Part shown: positions 55,827 through 62,495 of the stretch, one piece after another | How positions within the stretch are numbered: position 1 is the stretch's first letter | Layout of the letters: the number at the start of each line of letters is the position of its first letter | Made by a program: the position numbers and the translations under genes | DNA from: a virus | Lineage: Duplodnaviria > Caudoviricetes | IMG/VR virus record: IMGVR_UViG_3300042140_000143 | Coordinates: 1-62,495 of that record | Strand: one strand, 5' to 3' | DNA: 62,495 bases | Notes under the pieces: generated by a model | The model's database searches: none | Told to the model about the DNA's origin: nothing | The model's input: the letters and a program-made list of their open reading frames with translations, nothing else

Positions 55827-56945
55827 CTAGGCGAGGGCCGCGAACTTCACAAAGTTGCGGGGCGACTTCATCTTGATGTTGGCAAGGACCGACACGGCGT
55901 AGCGGTACGCGGAAAGTTCCTCGTTGTAGAACGGTCCCTCCGCTTCCAGCAGGTTGCCGGTCATCACCTTCATCTCCATGTTGCCGATGGAGAGGGCGTA
56001 ACCGACGCCCGGCGGAACGGCATAGTCGCTCGCCGTCTCGATGCCGTCGATCTCGACCACATCGCCGAAGCCGTAGGACCGCAGCCCGTTGGTCTTCGAC
56101 ACGATGGCCCGCTCGCGGCTGTCTAGCCGGTTGAGGAACTGGATGTAGAGCGTGCGGTCGAGAAGGATCATGTCGATCTGGTTCTCGCGAGTGTCGTTCC
56201 GCTTCGCATGGTTGACCGACTCGCGGATCGCCTCGATGCACTGATCCTTCCACGTCGCCGTCGCACCGCCGAAGGCCGTGCTGGTGTAGTTGCAGACGAT
56301 GGGCGACCAGAAGTCATACTCCGGATCGGCCGGAACTCGCGGCCACGAGCCGGTCGCCAACTGCGAGCCGGCGTACTGGCCCAGACCGGTCTTGAGGCCG
56401 GCGTACTCGTCGTTCGGGAACCCGAAGGGGTCGGCGGCATTCGCCGCCCGCTGGGCACCGGTGGCGACGTTGATCGTCCCGTTCACGGCGAACATGGACT
56501 CCAGGCCATGCCACCGGTTCTCGTTACCGCTGGCATAACCGTCGATGAACACCTCCCTGGCGAGATGCTCCTGCATCGACTCCGTGAGCCGGTTCGTCAT
56601 CTTCCCGGCCACGTCGATCAGTTGGGCCTGACCGCGATTCTCCAGCATCTCCCGCTTGCTGATCTGATCGGTGACCGAGTAGCCCCGATACGGGAGGTTG
56701 GCTCGCTGCCAGAGCGCGTGACGTGCGAAGACTCGCGGCGACTCGCCCGTGTACGTGGACACGGGGATGTTGCGGTAGCGAACCTGCCAGTCGAACCCGC
56801 GACCGCCTTGATTCATGGCGACGTTGCCGTTCGCCTGGAGGGCGGCGAAGACCTTGAACTTGCGGAAGGTCGTCTGCTCCTCTTCCTTCAAATGAAGGGT
56901 CAGAGTCGTGCCAATAGAACGGGCCCAGTCAACGCTCGACGCCAT
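55827..56945 (-). CDS. Major capsid protein
   Basis: 372 aa; HGLES motif, C-terminal SPR; downstream of a scaffold-like gene. Confidence 0.78.
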   Translation of the reverse strand: MASSVDWARSIGTTLTLHLKEEEQTTFRKFKVFAALQANGNVAMNQGGRGFDWQVRYRNIPVSTYTGESPRVFARHALWQRANLPYRGYSVTDQISKREMLENRGQAQLIDVAGKMTNRLTESMQEHLAREVFIDGYASGNENRWHGLESMFAVNGTINVATGAQRAANAADPFGFPNDEYAGLKTGLGQYAGSQLATGSWPRVPADPEYDFWSPIVCNYTSTAFGGATATWKDQCIEAIRESVNHAKRNDTRENQIDMILLDRTLYIQFLNRLDSRERAIVSKTNGLRSYGFGDVVEIDGIETASDYAVPPGVGYALSIGNMEMKVMTGNLLEAEGPFYNEELSAYRYAVSVLANIKMKSPRNFVKFAALA

Positions 56946-56959
56946 GTCGCGTTACCCTT

Positions 56960-58060
56960 TCAGTTGATGCCGTCTCGTGCCAGTTGGCGAGCGAGACGCT
57001 GTTCAAAGGTCAGAGGTGCTTGCGGTGTTCTCGGGTCGCTTGACCCCGCAGCCCTACTCGGATTGCGAGACGCTTCCCTTCTAAGAAACTCTATGTCCTT
57101 TTGGGCCTGAGTTGCGGCATCGGCAGCAGGCGCAGGGGCCGCAGGAGCCACAGCGGCAGGTGCAGTTTGCTGCGGTAAACCAGCCTCAAACGCACTTCGC
57201 TGTGCGTTCTGCGACTGCATGCCACGCAGCGAATCAAGCAAATCACGCTCGATCATTTTCGTGGCGTATTCCCACCGCGCTTCGGGGCTTTGGATGCCCA
57301 ACTGAGCCGCCTGCTCGATGTACTGCTGGGCCGCCAAGCCCTCCTTCGTCGGCGTCTTGCCGTCCGCCTCGTACAGCCAGTCCGCGTTCTCCTTCTCAAG
57401 CCCGGAGACGTACTGGTGCTGCTGCATTTCCGCAAACTGGGACTGCACGATCTGGGCCGCCTGCTGCTGGGCGATCTCTTGGATCATCGGACCCAGCGCC
57501 TCCTCCGGGTTGGTGAGGAACTTCTGAGCGAAGTCGGCCTTGTACTTCTGGTACTCGTACAGGGAGTGCTTCGCGTCCAGCGGCGCGTCGGCGGAGATCA
57601 CCTCCCGGCCGTTCTCGTCGCGGACGAGGTACTGCTTGTAGGACTCACGGACCTCCGGCGGGTTCCACCACCGCCTCACCGCCTCTGCGGCCGTCGTCTT
57701 CTGGACAGGCTGCTGGGGGGCGGGCTGCTCTCGCTGGGAGGCGAGCCATCGCTCAAATGGCTCTCGGTTCTGGAGGTACTGCTGGGCGTATGGGATGTAC
57801 TGCTGGTACTGCTGGAGGGCTTGAGTTGCGGCTTTCTCCCGCTCCATTGAGGCATATAGGCGACGAGCAATCGCCAAGTCGTCCTGCCCCTGGAACTCAT
57901 CGAGATTCTTGAAGGCGTCCCAGACCGACTGCTGCGGAGCCGGTGCAGCAGCAGCCGCAGGCGCAGTTTCCGGCGTCGAGGGAACACTGGCGGCGCTTTC
58001 GGTCGAGGTGTCGGGCGTGGAATCTACGGTTTCTTCAACGACTGCGGCTTCGTCGCTCAT
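56960..58060 (-). CDS. Scaffolding-like protein
   Basis: Acidic, Gln/Ala-rich and helical; immediately upstream of the capsid gene. Confidence 0.6.
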   Translation of the reverse strand: MSDEAAVVEETVDSTPDTSTESAASVPSTPETAPAAAAAPAPQQSVWDAFKNLDEFQGQDDLAIARRLYASMEREKAATQALQQYQQYIPYAQQYLQNREPFERWLASQREQPAPQQPVQKTTAAEAVRRWWNPPEVRESYKQYLVRDENGREVISADAPLDAKHSLYEYQKYKADFAQKFLTNPEEALGPMIQEIAQQQAAQIVQSQFAEMQQHQYVSGLEKENADWLYEADGKTPTKEGLAAQQYIEQAAQLGIQSPEARWEYATKMIERDLLDSLRGMQSQNAQRSAFEAGLPQQTAPAAVAPAAPAPAADAATQAQKDIEFLRREASRNPSRAAGSSDPRTPQAPLTFEQRLARQLARDGIN

Positions 58061-58067
58061 GGCATGC

Positions 58068-59447
58068 CTACTGCTTGTTGGACGAGTTCATCCTCCACTG
58101 CGGACGCGGGTGGAGGTCGCTGCCGGGCGGCGGGAGAGCGCCCGTAGCGACGAGCCGGTTGTATGCCTCGTTGTCCGCTCTCGATACTCCGTCGTCGTCC
58201 TTCAATCGCCCATACAGGTCGCCGGCGGCTTGGTTCGCCTGCGTCACCTGACTGGCCGACTTGTAAACCGCCGGCTCGTGCCCGCCCACGAGGAAGCCCT
58301 TCCAGTCCCGGCCCGGCATGCCGCCGAACCCCGTCAGCGCTGCGCCGACACCGGCCTCCGACGCGAACTCCATGCCGGCATCCTTGCCGGCCTGCTTGGC
58401 AACTCCGCTGACAATCGGGCGCTGCCATCCCGACCCGGCGATCCTGCCAGCCTGCGACAGTGCCCGAGAAATCATCGGCATCTTGGCGGCCGCCCCTGCC
58501 GCCGGGATCAGCACGGTGGGGTCCACCATCGTTATCGCGAGGTCACCAGCGTCCGAAATCCAGCCGGCAGGCACAAAGCCCGCAGTCCGCTTCCAACGCT
58601 CGTCCGCCATCGGCACCGACGCATCAACCACCTCCTGCTGGAGTTCCGCAATCCTGCGGGCGATGTCCTTTTCGGTCGCGCCGGCCGGCAGGTCCGCTAT
58701 GGGGTGCGGCGAGTTGATCCGGTAGCGATTGTTCGCCAGACGGTTGGCCTGCGCTCGCTGCCACGACTGCCCGGAGGTGTCCGTCTCGCCGCTGCCCTCC
58801 AGCCGGATGTGATTGGGCACAGTCTCGGAGGCCACCATGTAGTTTCCGAGCGGCACGTCTGGGTTGGACGTGTTGTCCAGCGCCGCGTTCGCCACAGTGT
58901 CGAATCGCTGGTAGCCATTGACGACGGAGGCCGGGTTGAGCCCGCCAGCGCCAGAAAGCCGCTCGCCCCTGTTGCTGTCGTAAGCGCGAATGGAGTTGGC
59001 GTCGAGCATTCGGCGAGGCGTTCGCAGAGTCTCCGACGCTTGCTGCGACCCCAGTTCGCTTTGCAGGAAGTCGATGTCACGCCCGAAGTTCTGCATGTAC
59101 TGGTAGGTGCGGGGGTCGAGCAGGTGCGTGGACTCATTCCACCGCTTGCTCACCTCCGCAGGCGTCTTGCCCTGCCGGGCGTACTCCTCGCGGGCACTGG
59201 CCCGCTCCTCCGGGTTGGCCCACGCCGAAGGGCGGCCACCGTCCACGCCCAGCGCCGTCCGCATCTGGGCCCGCTGCTCGATCTGCTGGATGGCCTCGTC
59301 CAGCGGCGTGCCGGGCTTGATCTTGTGGCGGCGGTAGACCTCCGCGCGGATGGCGTCTGCCCGCTTCATGCCGAGCGCGCCCTTGCGGGCCTCCGGGTCG
59401 GGCCTGGAGGACAGGAAGTCGCTGATCTCGTCTTCGGTCATCGCCAT
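58068..59447 (-). CDS. Hypothetical virion-associated protein
   Basis: 459 aa. Confidence 0.6.
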   Translation of the reverse strand: MAMTEDEISDFLSSRPDPEARKGALGMKRADAIRAEVYRRHKIKPGTPLDEAIQQIEQRAQMRTALGVDGGRPSAWANPEERASAREEYARQGKTPAEVSKRWNESTHLLDPRTYQYMQNFGRDIDFLQSELGSQQASETLRTPRRMLDANSIRAYDSNRGERLSGAGGLNPASVVNGYQRFDTVANAALDNTSNPDVPLGNYMVASETVPNHIRLEGSGETDTSGQSWQRAQANRLANNRYRINSPHPIADLPAGATEKDIARRIAELQQEVVDASVPMADERWKRTAGFVPAGWISDAGDLAITMVDPTVLIPAAGAAAKMPMISRALSQAGRIAGSGWQRPIVSGVAKQAGKDAGMEFASEAGVGAALTGFGGMPGRDWKGFLVGGHEPAVYKSASQVTQANQAAGDLYGRLKDDDGVSRADNEAYNRLVATGALPPPGSDLHPRPQWRMNSSNKQ

Positions 59448-59448
59448 A

Positions 59449-61182
59449 TCACCGCTGCTCCGTGAGGCCAGAAAGAACGCCGGGCTGCTGGGCTGCGGCG
59501 GCACCTCCGGCAATGGCTGTCGGCAGCATCAAGGACTGGAGGATGTTGCGGGCACTGCGGAATCGCACGTCCAGAGGAGCGAGGTCGGCTCGCCGCAGCA
59601 CCCTTGCGCCGGCAGGAGTGAATGCGGTCGAAAGCCCAGCCTCGTCGCTCACGAGCGTGCCTTTCGCGCCGGCGGCCATCAGCGGCTCCGTGTAGCCCTT
59701 GCGATGCTCGGCCACGTCGAAACTCGGATACGTCCCGCCGCCAAGTGACGTCGTTTCGGATTCTGGCGACACCCTCTCCAGCCGCTTCAGCGCATGCTCT
59801 CGCCAGTCGTGCCAGTCTTCCAAGTCGCCGGCCGGGTTGAGGTTCTCGGCCAAGTGAGATGTCCGCAGCCAGATGCGCTGCCGCTCTGGGGACTCCGGAT
59901 ACTTGGCTTTCAGCGAAGCCGCCTGCCGCTGCTTGAAGGCGTCGTATGCCTCCGGCGGCATCCGGTCGATCCCCGCGATCCCGGAATTGGGGCCGAGCAA
60001 CGGGTATAGCGTGATTTCGTCGCGCGGCACCTGCACGCCGAGCCGCGCGTAGTCAGGGTTGTGGCTCGTGTAGACAAGCCCTTCGCTCTTGGGCTGCAAG
60101 TTGACGAACTTCATTCCGCCCTTGTCTAGCCGTCTCTTGTTCGCCTGCGACAGCGCGGCGCCAGTAAAGCCCTTCATCTCCTTTTTGAGCGGCGAGTCCC
60201 AGCGATACCAGACGGCATTGGGGTCCAAGTCCATTGCCGCAGCGCGGTCTGCGCGCGAAGCAGCGTCCATCCGCAAGTCTCCGGACGCGATGGCGTCCAG
60301 CGTTCGCTGATCCACGCCGTGAGCGGACAGGTAGTCGAGGTAGTCGCGGTTTCTGGCATTGTGAAGTGCGGCTGCGGGACCGGAATCTTCTGGCAAGAAG
60401 CCAGTGATGTGGCCTTTCTTGATGGCGTCGGCAAACCCCTCCTCCATCGCATTCACGGCTCGCGCCACGCCCTTGCGATGCTCTGGCGACTGCGCCAGTT
60501 CGCGCAGTTTAGCGACGTATTCGCGGATGCCCATTTCGGGCGGTCGCTCGTAGTATTCCTGCGGCGGGCGAAATTGCGGCGTCGGCTTGGGGCCCGAAGA
60601 CGACCACAACGCGCCATCCGGCAAATCCCAGCCGCCACCGCCACCGCCTGCGGCGAGCAGTTCGGACTGCAACGACACATCCGGAGACGGAAGCCCTTTT
60701 TCTGTGTGGAAGAAATCCGGAGGAAGGTGCTGTGCCGCCAGTTGCTCGATCTCCTTGCCGGCGGACGGCGCGGCCGCATTGTCGATGAGGCCCATTCCGG
60801 CAAGCGCCTTCTGGGCTTCCGATTGCTTTTTTGACCAGAAGTGCGGGTCGATCTTGAACCAGTGATCCCACACCTTCTGGGAGAACGCAGGCGTCCACTC
60901 GGACTCGTAGCCTTGTGCTACGGCCGTCTTTTTCAGCGGCTCATCGGTGTCGCTAGACAGCCACGAGTCGAGGTCTTCGGCCGTCGCGCCGGAAAGCAGG
61001 TCGTCTGCCGGCTTGGCGTAGCCAGAGGCGGCGTCCTTCTGCTTGTAGTAGTCGGCCAGTTCGCTGATGTGGATGAGGTCGGAGCCCTTGTCCGCCGCCT
61101 TCGCCGCCTGCGCGGCCTTCTTCGCGGCCTGCAAGGCAGCGATCTTCTTGGCGTGCAGGGCGAGTTGAGACGGTGATGCCAT
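59449..61182 (-). CDS. Hypothetical virion-associated protein
   Basis: 577 aa; preceded by GCCATAAAT. Confidence 0.65.
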   Translation of the reverse strand: MASPSQLALHAKKIAALQAAKKAAQAAKAADKGSDLIHISELADYYKQKDAASGYAKPADDLLSGATAEDLDSWLSSDTDEPLKKTAVAQGYESEWTPAFSQKVWDHWFKIDPHFWSKKQSEAQKALAGMGLIDNAAAPSAGKEIEQLAAQHLPPDFFHTEKGLPSPDVSLQSELLAAGGGGGGWDLPDGALWSSSGPKPTPQFRPPQEYYERPPEMGIREYVAKLRELAQSPEHRKGVARAVNAMEEGFADAIKKGHITGFLPEDSGPAAALHNARNRDYLDYLSAHGVDQRTLDAIASGDLRMDAASRADRAAAMDLDPNAVWYRWDSPLKKEMKGFTGAALSQANKRRLDKGGMKFVNLQPKSEGLVYTSHNPDYARLGVQVPRDEITLYPLLGPNSGIAGIDRMPPEAYDAFKQRQAASLKAKYPESPERQRIWLRTSHLAENLNPAGDLEDWHDWREHALKRLERVSPESETTSLGGGTYPSFDVAEHRKGYTEPLMAAGAKGTLVSDEAGLSTAFTPAGARVLRRADLAPLDVRFRSARNILQSLMLPTAIAGGAAAAQQPGVLSGLTEQR

Positions 61183-61210
61183 AGAAATCCCTCACGGGAT
61201 TTATGGCCCC

Positions 61211-61354
61211 CTACTTCGCCAGCAGGTACAGCCCCACGTTGGAAAAGGCGTACCCCAGATAGGCGACCCCCATGCCGGGATTGCCACGCCAGAACTGCTC
61301 TACGGAGACGTAGGCGTAGATCACGCCGGTCAGTGCGATCAGCCAGCCGCTCAT
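61211..61354 (-). CDS. Small membrane protein
   Basis: MSGWLIALTG...GYAFSNVGL; ATGA-coupled. Confidence 0.6.
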   Translation of the reverse strand: MSGWLIALTGVIYAYVSVEQFWRGNPGMGVAYLGYAFSNVGLYLLAK

Positions 61355-61560
61355 TTTGTGCGCTCCAGCAGGGCCCGCAGCGTGTTGGCTTCCGCAGACG
61401 GCGAGACGAATCCGATCAGTCTGTCAATCGCCGCCCGCTCGTCAGCCGTCAGCAGGCCCGAAGCCTCCTCCTGCAACTCCTGCATCTCGCGCCACATCCG
61501 TCGCTCTCTGGGCGTGCAGTCGCAGTTCATCGGCTTCTGGTCGCAGATCGGGCAGGGCAT
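61351..61560 (-). CDS. Small protein with the cassette-type LT.DER...LLER module (outside the array)
   Basis: GAGGA RBS; CPIC...CDC. Confidence 0.7.
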   Translation of the reverse strand: MPCPICDQKPMNCDCTPRERRMWREMQELQEEASGLLTADERAAIDRLIGFVSPSAEANTLRALLERTK

Positions 61561-61623
61561 TGGCTTGTCCTCATAACGCGGGCTTGTGGCTGTTTCTCGG
61601 CCTATAACCGCACTCGCCGCCGG

Positions 61624-61663
61624 ATTAGGCTGCGAACTGGCAGCCTAATTCTTGTTCTCAGCC
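61624..61663 (+). other. attI-like head site of the cassette array
   Basis: ATTAGGCTGC-N6-GCAGCCTAAT hairpin, then TCTT-GTTCTCAGCC; a GTT core with no attC arms. Confidence 0.55.
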
Positions 61664-61993
61664 TAGCCGTTCCAGCAATCCCCGAAGCGCCACAGCGTCA
61701 GCCGCCGCAGCCTTGTCACCAAATAGTCTCGCGTCCTGCTCTGCCCCCTCCAGCGCCTCCCGAATCGCCGCTCGCTCCGCTGCCGTAAGGGTTGGAGGCG
61801 GCGTCAGGTACAGAGGCAGAATGTCCTGCTCGCTCCTGCCGTTGTGCCGTGCGCTTGCCTCTGCCCACTTTCGCTGTGGATGTACCGACACCGCCCGCGT
61901 GCGGCTGCTGACGAGTGCCGGATTGCCGACCGACCAAGCAACCGGCTGAGAACCAACGGATGCAGCGGACAGCGTATCAACGTCCTTTGGCAT
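61658..61993 (-). CDS. First cassette protein (PVAW...PLY and LT..ER...LERLG)
   Basis: RBS and ATG inside attC-A; stop in the GTTCTCA core at 61654. Confidence 0.8.
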   Translation of the reverse strand: MPKDVDTLSAASVGSQPVAWSVGNPALVSSRTRAVSVHPQRKWAEASARHNGRSEQDILPLYLTPPPTLTAAERAAIREALEGAEQDARLFGDKAAAADAVALRGLLERLG

Positions 61994-62036
61994 GGCTCGT
62001 CTCCTCATCGCTGCCGCTGATCCTGTGCGTTCTCAG
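61946..62036 (+). repeat. attC-like site A (full copy)
   Basis: CTGAGAAC-caacgg-ATGCAGCGG-AC...G-CCGCTGAT-cctgtgc-GTTCTCAG. Confidence 0.88.
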
Positions 62037-62044
62037 TCAGAAAA

Positions 62045-62290
62045 TCATGTCTTATACGATACGTTTTTTGTCGGCCCCGCCCCGCCTACATCAGTGACCG
62101 ACGCGGTGCGTGGGCCTTCGACGGGAGCAGGGCCGACGTTCGGGATGGCAAGCCGCATGGCGGCCTCAATCATTTGAGTGGCGCGGCCGTGCTCTGGCTG
62201 GTCGCAAACATCCATCAGAGTGTCGCGGTAGTCCTGCGCACAACTGACGCAGAACAGGATGGCCTCGCATTCTTCGGCGGTGAGTGTCAT
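62045..62290 (-). CDS. Alternative cassette protein
   Basis: MTLTAEECEAI...; ATGA-coupled to a 22-aa leader starting at 62355 inside attC-B'. Confidence 0.65.
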   Translation of the reverse strand: MTLTAEECEAILFCVSCAQDYRDTLMDVCDQPEHGRATQMIEAAMRLAIPNVGPAPVEGPRTASVTDVGGAGPTKNVSYKT

Positions 62291-62307
62291 GTTTTTTCGC
62301 AGAAAAA

Positions 62308-62398
62308 CTGAGAACCAGCCGATGCAACGGACGGCCATGCGTCGTCATGTGTCATGGTGAGTCCTCCGGTGGCCGCCGTTGATCTTCCGCGTTCTCAC
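62308..62398 (+). repeat. attC-like site B' (allele of B)
   Basis: Same as 939-1028 with 3 internal substitutions. Confidence 0.88.
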
Positions 62399-62495
62399 TC
62401 AGATCTGGCGAGCAGTGCCGCCATAACATCCGACCGCATCCGGTCTACCTTTTTACCAGAAAGCCGCACTATTTTTGCAGCGTAGGCAATCGCCT

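Larger units (their letters stand above)
1..62495. mobile_element. Near-complete tailed phage genome, podovirus-like, circularisable
   Basis: Terminase, portal and capsid-like genes; ends overlap (1-115 = 61954-62068; 939-1125 ~ 62309-62495); no host housekeeping genes. Confidence 0.93.

Noticed and set aside
34779-59465. Long + strand ORFs (e.g. 34779-36791, 43859-46441, 50790-52364)
   Set aside because: Antisense shadows of - strand virion genes in high-GC DNA; Arg/Gly-rich, no motifs or RBS
61601-61656. An eighth attC from ATAAC (61604) to GTT (61654)
   Set aside because: Arms are asymmetric (about 15 vs 4 nt around the hairpin) and lack L''/L' boxes; treated as attI-like instead

Overview
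This window is an essentially complete, GC-rich tailed-phage genome of about 61-62 kb that closes on itself: 1-115 equals 61954-62068, and 939-1125 nearly equals 62309-62495. It looks podovirus-like (terminase, portal, capsid, tail-tube-like and large ejection-type proteins, no tape measure). A Planctomycetota host is my inference. Layout: a + strand early region (4.8-17.8 kb) punctuated by a 15-bp intergenic repeat, and a long - strand block covering sigma factor, fibre genes, a peptidase/lysis-like cluster, nucleotide metabolism, recombination, helicase and virion genes. There is one tyrosine recombinase and one serine recombinase. The standout is an integron-like gene-cassette array spanning the contig join (61.65 kb to the end, then 1 to 2.9 kb). 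It has seven attC-type sites with canonical R''/L''/L'/R' geometry and extrahelical bases, an attI-like head site, cassette-specific R''/R' complementarity, and no adjacent IntI. Its genes all run antisense to the canonical cassette orientation, often with RBS and start codon inside the attC. The two contig ends carry two different cassettes at the same array slot. All protein calls come from motif recognition by eye, not from database searches.
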